Below, piece by piece: positions 27,988-38,844 of a DNA stretch of 64,000 bases. The DNA comes from Firmicutes bacterium CAG:822 (GTDB taxonomy: Bacteria; Bacillota_I; Bacilli_A; RF39; UBA660): assembly GCA_000432855.1 (NCBI GenBank), contig HF990868.1:84534-148533 (forward strand). Direction: 5' to 3'. Made by a program: the position numbers and the translations under genes. The stretch's first letter is position 1. Each line of letters starts with the position of its first letter. The notes under the pieces were generated by a model. It worked only from the letters and a program-made list of their open reading frames with translations, was not told the origin of the DNA and made no database searches.

Positions 27988-29100
27988 ATGTTTGAAACCG
28001 CAATTAGACTTTTAGAAAAAATTAATAGTTATGGGTACACCGCATATATGGTTGGAGGATACCCGCGAGATTTATATTTGAAAAGAACCTTTACTGATAT
28101 AGATATATGTACTGATGCTACCCCTATGGAATTACATCAAATTTTTTCTGAAGTAGTAACTACTAACTCAGAATATGGGTCAGTAACAATAGTCTTTGAA
28201 AAGACCAAATTTGAAATTACAACCTTCAGAAAAGAATTTAAATATAAAGATCATCGAAGACCAGAAAAAATAGAGTATGTCGATACTTTAGAAGAAGATA
28301 TTAAAAGAAGAGATTTTACCATAAATACTTTATGCATTGATAAAGATGGTAATCAAATTGATTTAATTGGGGCTAAACAAGATTTAGATAATAAAATAAT
28401 CAGAACAGTTAGTAATCCTAAAATAAGCCTTAAAGATGATGCCTTACGTATTTTAAGAGCTATTAGATTTGCAACTACTTTAAATTTTACTATTGAGCCT
28501 AAATTAAAAACATATATCCGCAAATATGGACATCTATTAAAAAAAATATCAAAAGATCGAAAAAAGGACGAATTAGATTTAATATTTTCTAGTCCTAATA
28601 AAGCCTATGGAATTGAACTTTTAAATTCATTAAAACTTAGTGATTATCTAGAAATTCCAAACTTAAAGAAAGCTAAAATTACTCCATCAATGATTGTCAC
28701 TTGGGCTCAGTTAGATGCTTTAGATAAATATAATTTTAATGCCATAGAAAAAGAAAGTATTAGAAAAATAAACGAAGTTAAAGATAAAAATCTTTTAGAT
28801 AATCATGTCTTATATAATTATGGTTTATATATTTGTACTATGGCTGCTGAATTAACCGAAACTGATAAACAAAAGATAAATGAAAAATATGCTAGAATTC
28901 CGATAAAAAGTAGATTGGATATTGCTATCAGCCCAATGGAAATATGTGAACTATTAAATAAAGAAGCCGGTTCATTTCTAAAACCACTTTTATCTGATTT
29001 AGAAAACCAAATATTAGATGGAAAATTATCTAACGAAAAAGAAGAATTAACTAACTATATTATAAATACATATAAAACCGAAGAAACTATAAACTCATAG
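27988..29100 (+). CDS. cca: CCA-adding tRNA nucleotidyltransferase
   Basis: Pol-beta head GGYPRDLYL..DIDICTD and the tRNA-NT body domain; 370 aa. Confidence 0.82.
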   Translation: MFETAIRLLEKINSYGYTAYMVGGYPRDLYLKRTFTDIDICTDATPMELHQIFSEVVTTNSEYGSVTIVFEKTKFEITTFRKEFKYKDHRRPEKIEYVDTLEEDIKRRDFTINTLCIDKDGNQIDLIGAKQDLDNKIIRTVSNPKISLKDDALRILRAIRFATTLNFTIEPKLKTYIRKYGHLLKKISKDRKKDELDLIFSSPNKAYGIELLNSLKLSDYLEIPNLKKAKITPSMIVTWAQLDALDKYNFNAIEKESIRKINEVKDKNLLDNHVLYNYGLYICTMAAELTETDKQKINEKYARIPIKSRLDIAISPMEICELLNKEAGSFLKPLLSDLENQILDGKLSNEKEELTNYIINTYKTEETINS

Positions 29101-29409
29101 TTTCTTTTAATTTATTCTTCCACATAACCAATCAACTGAACAATTATATTCTTTCGCAAACTTTCAAATATATACTGTTAGAATCAAAACATTATTATTT
29201 TCATAAGTATATTATGTAGAATCAATAGTATTTGAAGAACTCATAATCTTTTTTGTGATTTATAAATTTTATTTTTACAAAATAGTTATTAAATGTTTAC
29301 TATATTATATGACAAAGTTGTGATATAATTAAGTAAAGTAGATGAGTAAATAATGTAGTAATATATATAATTTACAATCTAATAAAATATGTAGAAAGAA
29401 GGAGAGAAC

Positions 29410-30519
29410 ATGGCCAAAACCGCCTTAGAAGCATTACAATGTCCTAAATGTGGTTGAGCAGTTGAACTTGATAGTAATCAAGAATATGGGGTTTGTAAAT
29501 ATTGTGGAGCAAAAGTACAGAACACAAATTTTAAGAAAATTAAAGGAGAAGTAAAAATAATAGGAAATCCAACTGTAGAAAACTTTATAAAATTAGCAAA
29601 AAGAGACTATGATGACGAAAACTATAATGAAACATTAGAAAAATATAATAAAGTTTTAGACATTGAACCAGATAATTGGGAAGCTGTTTATAAAAGAGGA
29701 ATATGTATTACAAAAACAACCACTCTTGGCGCATTTAGAATGGACGATATTGTTAAAGGCTCAAAAAATGCATTAAAGATTATTGAGGAAAACAAAGAAC
29801 TAAAAGTAAATATAAATCAAATAAAATTAGATATGGCATATGATATATTAATGTCTTGCTATGAAATGTTTAGATTTGCATTAAATCATTATAACGAATT
29901 TTGGGAATTGGAAAATTCTGCATCTGAAATGTGGAATAGGGAAGCAGCAGTATTAAATGCGGCTGAATATGCTGCAACACTTATAGAAGGTATACCAGAC
30001 GATAAAATAAAGACTACAATATCTGGAGAAACAAAAAAAGATGTATTATTATCTGCATACGATGCAATAATTCTTTGCTGCGTTACAATTTGTCAAACAA
30101 GAAGTTATAAAGATTTAAATAGTTATCCTAAAACTTGGATAAAAGATGAATATAGAAATAATTATGTTCAGATTTATGATAAATATTCAGCAAAGATAAA
30201 AGAAATTGATCCTAATAAAGAAATCAAGAAAATTCAAAGAACAGGTAATCAGGGATGTTATATAGCTACCTGTGTGTATGGCTCATATGATTGTCCAGAA
30301 GTATGGACCTTAAGAAGATTCAGAGATAATGATTTAGCAAAGAAATGGTATGGAAAATTATTTATTCATATTTATTATTCCATTAGTCCTACGATTGTTA
30401 AATTATTTGGTAAAAGCAAATGGTTTAAAAGCATATTTAAACCTTCATTAGATAAACTTGTAAAAAGATTAAAAGAACAAGGATATGAGTCATCACCATA
30501 TGATGATCAAACATGGTAA
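29410..30519 (+). pseudogene. zinc-ribbon + TPR-like protein with conserved Cys-containing C-terminal module, interrupted by in-frame TGA at 29455-29457
   Basis: Strong RBS GAAGGAGAG before ATG 29410. MAKTALEALQCPKCG-TGA-AVELD..CKYCG continues in frame into ORF 29740..30519; C-terminal GCYIATCVYGSYDCPEVWTLRRFRDN. Confidence 0.55.
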
Positions 30520-30561
30520 TTATACTAATTCCAGCTTTAATACATTTATAAAGACAACATC

Positions 30562-30587
30562 AAAGTCCATTTTTGGACTTTTTTCTA
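30562..30587 (+). terminator. rho-independent terminator (AAGTCC-attttt-GGACTT + T run)
   Basis: Perfect stem followed by 6 T. Confidence 0.6.
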
Positions 30588-30644
30588 TACATATTCTTGT
30601 AAAGAAGTAGATATTTAAGTTATAATAAATAACAAGGTGATTTT

Positions 30645-31274
30645 ATGACAGGAAAGATAATAGAACTCATGAAACATGGTCATATTTTAGTTCCCATGGC
30701 CTTACTTCAAAATTATAAAAAATTAAAATTAACTGATAAAGAGTTAATTGTTTTAATCTATTTATTAGGCGCTAATGAATTTGATCCCGAAAAAATGTCT
30801 AAAGATTTAAATATAAAATTAGCTGACATTTTAAAATTAATTGATAGTTTAACTAGTAAAGATATGTTAAAAATATCTGTTAAATCTGGTAAGGTCTGCG
30901 AAGAATATATTGATTTAGATGAAATGTATAATAAACTAGCCATGAGTATGATAAATGACAAAGAAGAAGCTCCTAAAACCACCATATATGATAAATTTGA
31001 AAAGGAATTTGGTAGGACTCTGTCACCTATGGAATATGAGATTATTGGTGCTTGGATTGATGGTAATTATACTGAACAGTTGATTGAACTTGCTTTAAAA
31101 GAAGCTGTTTATAATGGTGTATCTAACTTAAGATATATTGATAAAATATTATCTGAATGGCATAAAAAAGGTATAAAAACCGAAAATGATATAAAAAAAG
31201 ATCATGAAAAACGTAACAAACAAAAACCAAAGAAGGAAGTATTTGACTATGACTGGCTTAACGAAAAAGATTGA
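30645..31274 (+). CDS. dnaD: DnaD-domain replication initiation/membrane attachment protein
   Basis: C-terminal DnaD/DDBH2 pattern (YEIIGAWIDGNYTEQLIELALKEAV..YIDKILSEWHKKGI); conserved dnaD-nth adjacency. Confidence 0.7.
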   Translation: MTGKIIELMKHGHILVPMALLQNYKKLKLTDKELIVLIYLLGANEFDPEKMSKDLNIKLADILKLIDSLTSKDMLKISVKSGKVCEEYIDLDEMYNKLAMSMINDKEEAPKTTIYDKFEKEFGRTLSPMEYEIIGAWIDGNYTEQLIELALKEAVYNGVSNLRYIDKILSEWHKKGIKTENDIKKDHEKRNKQKPKKEVFDYDWLNEKD

Positions 31275-31884
31275 AGATTATCTAGATGAATTATTTCCAA
31301 ACCCAAGATGTGAGTTAAATTACAACAAAGATTACGAACTTCTTTTAGCAACCATGTTAAGTGCTCAAACCACCGATAAAAGAGTTAATTCAGTAACCGC
31401 TATTTTATTTAAAAAATATCCAACTTTAAAAGAATTATCTGAAGCTAATATTATTGATGTTCAAAATATCATTAGACCTATTGGTACCTATCATAAAAAA
31501 GCTCAAAATTTAATTGAAATAGCCAAAAGATTAGAAGAAGATTATCATGGCCAGCTACCTAATAATCGGGAATATTTAGAAAGCCTTCCAGGCGTTGGAA
31601 GGAAGACCACTAATGTTGTTTTAAGTAATATATTTAATGTACCTTGTATTGCTGTAGATACTCATGTATCTAGAGTAAGTAAAAGATTAAACCTAGCTAA
31701 AGAAAGTGATGGCCCTTTAGAAATAGAAAAGAAATTAAACAAAAAATTTAAAAAGGAAGACTTATGTAAAAGGCATCATCAACTAGTTTTATTTGGTAGG
31801 TATCACTGTTTAGCTAGAAATCCTAAGTGTGAAGAGTGTAAGTTAAAAGAAATGTGTAAATACTATAAACACCTTAATAAGTAG
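31249..31884 (+). CDS. nth: endonuclease III
   Basis: HhH-GPD LPGVGRKTTNVVL, catalytic Lys/Asp context, C-terminal 4Fe-4S C..C..C..C. Start set at ATG 31249 after RBS AGAAGGAAG. Confidence 0.9.
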   Translation: MTGLTKKIEDYLDELFPNPRCELNYNKDYELLLATMLSAQTTDKRVNSVTAILFKKYPTLKELSEANIIDVQNIIRPIGTYHKKAQNLIEIAKRLEEDYHGQLPNNREYLESLPGVGRKTTNVVLSNIFNVPCIAVDTHVSRVSKRLNLAKESDGPLEIEKKLNKKFKKEDLCKRHHQLVLFGRYHCLARNPKCEECKLKEMCKYYKHLNK

Positions 31885-31895
31885 GTGTTTTTTCA

Positions 31896-31926
31896 TACAA
31901 AAAAGCGATAGCTTTGAGCTATCACT
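31896..31926 (-). terminator. terminator of ponA (hairpin AGCGATAGCT/AGCTATCACT + U run on minus strand)
   Basis: 10-bp stem (one mismatch) with aaaaaa on the + strand side; lies between convergent nth and ponA. Confidence 0.6.
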
Positions 31927-34900
31927 CGCTAACCGTAATTGTTTTAGTTAAAGTAGTAACTGTTTCACCTTGATAAGTAACTTTATAACTAAAGGTATAA
32001 CTGTCAGCTGTTTTACCAACAACGTTTTTCCAATTACTTACCGGTGTACCAGTTGAATCAGTAACTGTTAAAGTAATATCTACATCATCACTGTTAGTAA
32101 TGTCTTCACCATCTAATGTTACAGTTACAGGTTTTACTGGCTCAGAATGAATTGAACCGACCTTTAATGAAACGTTAGCATCACCATTTAAAGTAGCTTT
32201 AACATCACTAGCTGATACTCCTTGATAATCCACACTAACTTCAACACCACTGCTATCGCTACCAGAGAAATTAGAATATCCAGTCTTAACGACAATCGTT
32301 GGTGAATCTATATTAGGTAATTTTACTGTAGCTGAAGTATCACTAGTTGTTGTTAAAAGAGTTAAATCATTACCATTCTTATAATATATTTTATAAACTA
32401 AACTTCCTAAAACACGATTATTATAATTCATTATATAAGATAAATAACTATTTTGGTCTTTGGCCAATCCAAATGCCTTTTCGACAAATGGTTGCCAATA
32501 ACTTTTATTAAGTGCCTCAGGAGTACTTACTCCAGACCAAGATATAGTTGCTCTATTACCAGAAACACTAGCTTTAAGATTAGATACATTATTTAATGTA
32601 TTAAATCTAGCTGACACCTCAGTTGGTTTAGTACTTTCTCTAAACAACTCAGTTGTTTTTGCACTATCAGGTGTATTTTCACTAGGAAGTAGAGAAGTAC
32701 CTGTATTTCTTTCAACTGTAACTTCGACAACTTCATCTGGTTTTTCAAATTTAGCATCCGCATCAAAGAATTTTTTAGCTACTGCATTAAACAATCTTGA
32801 GTTTTGTGCCGAACCAAATCTATTATAATATTTACTAGAATTACTTGGATAACCATACCATACGGCAATCGAATAATCAGGATTATAACCTGCAACCCAT
32901 AAATCGTTAACTGCATTATTAGGTAAGCCTAATTTTTTCTGAGTTTCTTCATCATAGTTACTTGTACCAGTCTTAGCTGCATAAGTTGCACCGTTAATAT
33001 TTCTATAACGACCAAGTGCATTTTCAGCTGTATCGACAAGCATATCAGTTATCATATAAGCTGTTGCTTCACTCATAACTCTTGTTTTTTCTGGTTCATA
33101 TTCTTCAACTTCACCAGTTTCATCAAATTCTATTTTAGTAACAGTATGTGGTTCAATATAATATCCACCAGTTGCAAATGCTGAATAAGCTCCAGCTACA
33201 GATAATGGATATTCACCATTATAACCACCAATCGCATCAGCTTCATATAATTTACCACTATCATCCATTCCTGGATGTAAGCCAATACTTGTTGCAAATT
33301 CTTTAATCTTATTACTATCAACACTTTGGAATGTCTTAACGGCTGGAACATTTCGAGATTCAACTAAAGCCTGTCTCATTGTAATAATACCTTTATAATT
33401 TCCATCCCAGTTGTTAACTGGTGTACCATCACTATAAGTGTGTTGTGAATCAATAATTGGATGATCAGTATTCCAGTTATTGTATTCAATTGCTGGACCA
33501 TAATCATAAAGTGGTTTAGCGGTTGAACCGATTTGTCGTACATTACCACCTGAACCAGTCGCAAAGTCTTGCCATGTTTCACCTTCTTGGTTACGTCCAT
33601 TACTAACGGCAACTATACCACCAGTTTCGTTGTCTATAGCCACAACACCAGCTTGAACAACATCATTTTCCCATTTATAATTTTTTCCTTCCATTATGTC
33701 ATTTAAAGCGTCTTGTTTTTCTTTGTCCATAGTTGTATAAATTTTCATTGAAGATTGATAAGGATTTAATCCTGTTTTTTCTTCAACTTCTTCAGCCACC
33801 GCATTTATAAATCCGCGATATTGAAGGTTATCAGTCGTTGAACTATTACCTTTAATTACAATTTTATCAACTGTCATCTTTTTAGCTATTTCATATTCTT
33901 GATCTGTAATATATCCATGACGTTTCATTAGACTTAATACAACAAGTCTTCTTTCTTCTGTTTTTTCTGGATTAATATTAGGGTCATATGATACTGGAGA
34001 TTGGAATAAACCAGCAATCATCGCTGCTTCAGATATATTTAAATCTTTAGCTTCCTTATTAAAGTAAGTTTCTGCAGCTTGTTCAACACCATAAGCTCCA
34101 CTACCTAAATAATAAGAATTCGCGTAAAACTCTAATATTTCTTCCTTAGAATAATTAGGTTCTATTTGAAACATTGAAATATATATATCGGTAAATTTAC
34201 GTTTAATACCTTCCCATCCAGTTGCGACATTTGAAGTGTATTGGTTTTTAGAAACCTGCATAGTAAGGGTAGACGCTCCACCCGCATCTTGACCTAAAAG
34301 CTGACCAAATGATGCTTTCATAAAACGTGGTAAATCAAAACCATTGTGTTCAAAGAAACGTGAATCTTCAGTTGCCACAATCGCATTAATTAACTCTTCT
34401 GACATATCATCATACGAAATTTTTTGCCTCATTTCCGCACCCAACTTCGCATATGTATCTCCGTTGACATCAACTAAAGTACTTGCTTCTTTAGAATATA
34501 ATTTATCAGGATCAAACTTACCTGCTGTAACCGCAATATATATAAAGAAAACAATACCGGCAATGATACAAATTAAGAAGAAAATTAAAAATCCAAGTAA
34601 AATTTTCTTACCAAGTTTTTTCTTTCCATTTTTCTCCTTTGTCTTTTTCCCTTTTTTAGCCACTTTATCACTTCTTTCTTCCAAAGCCACACTAACTTTC
34701 TCAGCTTCTTCATTTAAATTATCATTTTCACTATCAATAGTTTTGATAGATTTCTTTGTCTCATCTCTAGTTTTAAGTTTCTTTTTCCATTTTATAAAAG
34801 GAATAACCCAAATTAAATTTACTGCTATAAATACTACTAAGCCGACCAAAAAATTAACTACTAAAGTGCCTATCAGTAAAATAATAATTGATAAAATGAA

Positions 34901-34951
34901 TACTAGTAAATTAAATGGATCCTTTTTAAAAAAAGCTTTTAATTCTTTCAT
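31922..34951 (-). CDS. ponA: bifunctional class A penicillin-binding protein 1A (glycosyltransferase GT51 + transpeptidase) with long C-terminal Ser/Thr/Val-rich extension
   Basis: TM anchor, GT51 motif ATEDSRFFEHNGFD, transpeptidase STAKP; the C-terminal ~250 aa look beta-rich and repeat-like; ponA-recU synteny. Confidence 0.9.
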   Translation of the reverse strand: MKELKAFFKKDPFNLLVFILSIIILLIGTLVVNFLVGLVVFIAVNLIWVIPFIKWKKKLKTRDETKKSIKTIDSENDNLNEEAEKVSVALEERSDKVAKKGKKTKEKNGKKKLGKKILLGFLIFFLICIIAGIVFFIYIAVTAGKFDPDKLYSKEASTLVDVNGDTYAKLGAEMRQKISYDDMSEELINAIVATEDSRFFEHNGFDLPRFMKASFGQLLGQDAGGASTLTMQVSKNQYTSNVATGWEGIKRKFTDIYISMFQIEPNYSKEEILEFYANSYYLGSGAYGVEQAAETYFNKEAKDLNISEAAMIAGLFQSPVSYDPNINPEKTEERRLVVLSLMKRHGYITDQEYEIAKKMTVDKIVIKGNSSTTDNLQYRGFINAVAEEVEEKTGLNPYQSSMKIYTTMDKEKQDALNDIMEGKNYKWENDVVQAGVVAIDNETGGIVAVSNGRNQEGETWQDFATGSGGNVRQIGSTAKPLYDYGPAIEYNNWNTDHPIIDSQHTYSDGTPVNNWDGNYKGIITMRQALVESRNVPAVKTFQSVDSNKIKEFATSIGLHPGMDDSGKLYEADAIGGYNGEYPLSVAGAYSAFATGGYYIEPHTVTKIEFDETGEVEEYEPEKTRVMSEATAYMITDMLVDTAENALGRYRNINGATYAAKTGTSNYDEETQKKLGLPNNAVNDLWVAGYNPDYSIAVWYGYPSNSSKYYNRFGSAQNSRLFNAVAKKFFDADAKFEKPDEVVEVTVERNTGTSLLPSENTPDSAKTTELFRESTKPTEVSARFNTLNNVSNLKASVSGNRATISWSGVSTPEALNKSYWQPFVEKAFGLAKDQNSYLSYIMNYNNRVLGSLVYKIYYKNGNDLTLLTTTSDTSATVKLPNIDSPTIVVKTGYSNFSGSDSSGVEVSVDYQGVSASDVKATLNGDANVSLKVGSIHSEPVKPVTVTLDGEDITNSDDVDITLTVTDSTGTPVSNWKNVVGKTADSYTFSYKVTYQGETVTTLTKTITVSE

Positions 34952-35520
34952 ACATTACCTCCAAAATATAGTTTATCTAAAACTTCCAAATAGTCCACTC
35001 GTGGATTGTATTTATCATTAATTATATACCCATTTTTTTCAAAATATGAAAGTGGTATCGATTTACGAGTGCTTTCTTCTAAAAATTTAGTCAAAGTTTC
35101 AATAGGTAATAAAAAAGTCTTGTTAATCATTGTAAATCTTACAATTATAAATCCAATTCCACCGTGTTTATATATACGTTTCAAATGATTAATTTGGTGT
35201 TGATGAATATTACTTAAAGGAAAAGAAGTCTTAAGTTTAGTTTCCTTAGCTTCAAAATCTATATATTTTCCTTTATATATACCATTGTAATCGGTTGTTG
35301 ATGGAGTTCGAAAATAGCCTTCCTTAATTACCGCCTCCATCCTCGATGGATAGTTAACCTTAGATATGGTAATTGGCGTCGGCTTTTTATATATAACTGC
35401 AATATCGTTTGCTAAATAATAATCGTTGCTGGCCTTTAAATCAGCCTCTAATGTCATACCTCTATTCGCATACGTATTTATATTTCTAAAACTAGTTCTA
35501 GCCCCTATAATTTTGTTCAT
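34948..35520 (-). CDS. recU: Holliday junction resolvase RecU
   Basis: RecU signature (..YKGKYIDFEAKETK.., GGIGFIIVRF..); overlaps the ponA start by 4 nt as in Bacillus. Confidence 0.88.
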   Translation of the reverse strand: MNKIIGARTSFRNINTYANRGMTLEADLKASNDYYLANDIAVIYKKPTPITISKVNYPSRMEAVIKEGYFRTPSTTDYNGIYKGKYIDFEAKETKLKTSFPLSNIHQHQINHLKRIYKHGGIGFIIVRFTMINKTFLLPIETLTKFLEESTRKSIPLSYFEKNGYIINDKYNPRVDYLEVLDKLYFGGNV

Positions 35521-35815
35521 AATAACACCAACCTAATTATACTATAATTACAAAAATTTGCCAACTTCATAATTAAAAATTAAGAAGTTCTAATTATAGC
35601 TAGTATTGTCGAATTTGTAGCCAGTAAAAAAACTAAATGATATCATAAAACTGGTGAAATAATATGGATATAAATAAAATAAATGCAATGTTTAAAGAAA
35701 TGTTAGATGATGTTAAATATATTAAATTAAAATCGTTTATTCAAACAAAAAAATAAACTCAACTTAAAAATGTTGTTATTTAATCAAATAAAGTGTAAAA
35801 TTACTCAAAAAGGAT

Positions 35816-36478
35816 GTGCGTTTTATGTTAAAAGCTTTTTATATTTTTATCATATATTCTATTCTCGGCTGGCTTATGGAAGTAGTTATTGTTTCCACTA
35901 AAAAAAGAAAAATAACAGACCGTGGTTTTCTTATCGGCCCTTGGTGCCCAATTTATGGATTTGGTGCTTTATTTATAACCTTGTTATTGCGCAAATATTA
36001 TGAAGATCCGCTAGTATTATTCATTATGTCTTTTTTACTTGGCAGTATATTAGAATATATCACTAGTTATTTAATGGAAAAGATATTTCATGCCAGATGG
36101 TGGGATTATAGTGATCATAAATTTCATATAAATGGCCGAATCAGTTTAACAACCTCTTTAGGATTTGGTGCTTTAGGTCTTATCTTAGTTTATGTTTTTA
36201 ACCCTTTTTTTCTTAGAATAGTAAAAAATATATCACCGATAATCTTTAATATTATCATGGTAATTATTTTATTAATTTTTATAATTGATGTCGTAACCTC
36301 TTTTAAGATAATTTATAATCTTAGAAAAGAAAGTTACATAAGTATAAAAGATATTACTGAAACAACAACGGAAGAAGTTAAAAAAGCCCTTAGAGAAAAA
36401 TCAATCTTTAACCGCCGACTTTTAAATTCATTTCCTCATTTAAAGTTTATATTTAAGCAAAAAAAACCATCCAAATAA
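35816..36478 (+). CDS. polytopic membrane protein (GWxxE..GPWCPIYG motif; putative ABC-transporter type IV/CmpB-like family)
   Basis: ILGWLMEVV..FLIGPWCPIYGFGA is a family signature; 220 aa with 5-6 TM helices. Confidence 0.45.
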   Translation: MRFMLKAFYIFIIYSILGWLMEVVIVSTKKRKITDRGFLIGPWCPIYGFGALFITLLLRKYYEDPLVLFIMSFLLGSILEYITSYLMEKIFHARWWDYSDHKFHINGRISLTTSLGFGALGLILVYVFNPFFLRIVKNISPIIFNIIMVIILLIFIIDVVTSFKIIYNLRKESYISIKDITETTTEEVKKALREKSIFNRRLLNSFPHLKFIFKQKKPSK

Positions 36479-36540
36479 CTTTGTTTATCAAAAATATAAA
36501 AAGGTGTGCTATAATAAAAATATAGTAGGAGGGGCTGTTT

Positions 36541-37725
36541 ATGGATAAAAAAACTATTGAAAGAGAAACATTAGACTTTTCTTCCTTACCAAATATCATT
36601 AGATTAATGATTGAAGATAATTCTGATGCAGCTACAGTTATTGATAAATTAATTGAATTAAAAGGAGAAAGTAACGCTTTAGCTACTTTAATTTTATTAG
36701 ATGACATGAACATTAGAGGAATTCAACTATCTATTTTATATAAAATGTGTAATCAAGATATTGAAACTTTTTATGAAACCGTCATCAACATTACTAAAGA
36801 TGATATCGAATTATTAAATCGAACCTCTGCCCCATTATGCGTATATAAAGCAATATTCGAAGGAACTAGTGAAGATAGAAAAAAGTATCCAAATAAGTAT
36901 ATTTTTACCAACGTAGAAAGAGAAAATTATACAAAAAGTAAAGAAAAAAATAATGCTGTGGAAAAAGATTTATACCCAACTATTACTATAGAAGAAGCTT
37001 TAAAAATAATTAAAAATAAAGGATTTAAGTGCGGCTACAAAACGGAATATATTAATGATAACCACATTAAAGAAGTATACTGGATTTTTTATAATAAATT
37101 AGGGGATATTCTTTATACTAATTCATTAGAAAATAAAAACATCTTTCTTTGGAAAGACTCTAAATTAAATGTTGTTCGCTCAAAAGATAATAATAATATA
37201 AATTATGTCATCGAATTAAAAGATCACCCATTTGAAACATATGATAACCTTTTAAAAAATAGTCATGATAAACTAAATGATGATATTAATTCAATTCCAA
37301 TAATCAAGACAATTAAAGGAATTAAATATACTGAAAAAAATCCTAATTATAGTTCATGTGTAACCGCCTTAATATATGATTTACTATCTTTTGAACAAAT
37401 TTATAATGAATTAGATGAAGGACTAAAAGCAATATATAAACCATTATTAGAACAAGCTAGTGACAAGGCTTATGATGAAATTATCAATCATCTAAATGCC
37501 GATGATGGTATTGAAATAGCTACTAATTTGCAAAACATATTAGGTTTTAATTTGAGTAAATCAAAATTACTAGCCGCCAAAGATCGCTTCTGTAAGGCTA
37601 GGGGACATGAAACAAATAATTCTAAGAAAAAATTCTTAAGTAGATTAGTTTCTGATGATCCATATACTAAAGATATGAATCATCGAATTATCGAAGTTTT
37701 AACTAAAGATATTGAAACAATATAA
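36541..37725 (+). CDS. hypothetical protein
   Basis: 394-aa ORF with RBS AGGAGG; no recognised domain. Confidence 0.5.
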   Translation: MDKKTIERETLDFSSLPNIIRLMIEDNSDAATVIDKLIELKGESNALATLILLDDMNIRGIQLSILYKMCNQDIETFYETVINITKDDIELLNRTSAPLCVYKAIFEGTSEDRKKYPNKYIFTNVERENYTKSKEKNNAVEKDLYPTITIEEALKIIKNKGFKCGYKTEYINDNHIKEVYWIFYNKLGDILYTNSLENKNIFLWKDSKLNVVRSKDNNNINYVIELKDHPFETYDNLLKNSHDKLNDDINSIPIIKTIKGIKYTEKNPNYSSCVTALIYDLLSFEQIYNELDEGLKAIYKPLLEQASDKAYDEIINHLNADDGIEIATNLQNILGFNLSKSKLLAAKDRFCKARGHETNNSKKKFLSRLVSDDPYTKDMNHRIIEVLTKDIETI

Positions 37726-37736
37726 TGATAGAAAAA

Positions 37737-37764
37737 ATACCCCATATTAATTTGGGGTATTTTC
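37737..37764. terminator. bidirectional hairpin (ATACCCC...GGGGTAT) between convergent genes
   Basis: 7-bp G/C-rich stem, A run 5' and T run 3'. It overlaps the annotated stop of 37747..38844, so that ORF end may be slightly off. Confidence 0.4.
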
Positions 37765-38844
37765 CATATAATAAGCGTAGTATTCTTCTAAAGTAATATC
37801 ATCTTCATAAATTATTTTAGCCACCTCTTCACCGACATATCTGTAATGCCATGGTTCATATTTATAACCTGTAATATCTTCCTTTCCTTTTGGAAACCTT
37901 AAAATAAACCCATACTTATAAGCATTATTTTTAAGCCAATTGGCCTCGTCAGAGCCCTCAAAACTATCACTAACATTATTTAAATCCGTACATAATCCTG
38001 TTTGATGTTCAGAATATCCTGGTCTAGCCGAATATTTGTCAGCAGCTTCCTGGCCATCTCTTTTAATATATTTGTTATATAAATTCACTTGATAGTTATA
38101 ACTTCTAAAAGCCGACATGTTATAAAGAGAAATATTCTCAAGACTAGCCGCATCGACCATCTTCATTAAAGCCTCCGCCGCATCTTTTCGCATTTTATTA
38201 TTTACGCCTTTGTTATATTGACCAGATAATGTTACTAAGTCATTAGGCGTATAATCTTCTTTTAAATGATAAAATTTATTCACTAATACTAGATTATTAT
38301 CATCTAAATTACTATCATAACTATTACTATAAAAGCCCAAATCAGCTTTAGAATTAACCATACTGATAATTTTTTTGCTATCTTGATTATGACTATTTCC
38401 ATAATCTAAATAACGGGCCACATTGTCATTTATATAATATTTTTCTTTAACTAAACCAGCTAACAAATCGGATGCTGGATAATTCATTAAATCATAACCA
38501 GAATTAATAATTGTAATAATATTGTTAATATTTTCATCTTTATTTTTCACATAATATTCTATGTAATTTTCAAATAAATTTTCTTGATAATTGTTAGAAG
38601 ATAATATACTGATTAAACTTTTATCATAACCAAGTTTTAACACAGAATCATAATCATCATTGGAAACCTTATTTAAAATTAAAGCCACTTCATTATCTGA
38701 ATAACCACTATTTTTAAGTTTATCTTTAATACTTTCGTCTTTTTCCTGATTAAAAAAGAAAAAGAGTGAAGCACTTAAAAGACATAATAATATAATAACT
38801 ATAATTATCCATACCTTTTTATTCATACTCTCACCCTTAATCAT
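37747..38844 (-). CDS. membrane-anchored D,D-carboxypeptidase, VanY/M15B family (paralog A)
   Basis: SARPGYSEHQTGLCTDL and YEPWHYRYVG (zinc peptidase M15 motifs); N-terminal TM. Confidence 0.75.
   Translation of the reverse strand: MIKGESMNKKVWIIIVIILLCLLSASLFFFFNQEKDESIKDKLKNSGYSDNEVALILNKVSNDDYDSVLKLGYDKSLISILSSNNYQENLFENYIEYYVKNKDENINNIITIINSGYDLMNYPASDLLAGLVKEKYYINDNVARYLDYGNSHNQDSKKIISMVNSKADLGFYSNSYDSNLDDNNLVLVNKFYHLKEDYTPNDLVTLSGQYNKGVNNKMRKDAAEALMKMVDAASLENISLYNMSAFRSYNYQVNLYNKYIKRDGQEAADKYSARPGYSEHQTGLCTDLNNVSDSFEGSDEANWLKNNAYKYGFILRFPKGKEDITGYKYEPWHYRYVGEEVAKIIYEDDITLEEYYAYYMENTPN

Noticed and set aside
29455-29457. In-frame TGA suggesting genetic code 4 (TGA=Trp, Mollicutes-like)
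   Set aside because: TGA is used as the stop of ruvX (40491-93) and DUF1292 (40835-37), and as the recoding stop in prfB, so the standard code applies. The TGA at 29455 is treated as a nonsense mutation or error.
34344-35188. Plus-strand ORFs 34344..35021 and 35006..35188 inside ponA/recU
   Set aside because: Antisense to strongly supported PBP1A and RecU coding sequence.
35664-35756. 30-aa ORF MDINKINAMFKEMLDDVKYIKLKSFIQTKK in the recU-downstream intergenic region
   Set aside because: Weak RBS (GGTGAAA) and no other support. Possibly a real small protein but not reportable as a feature.
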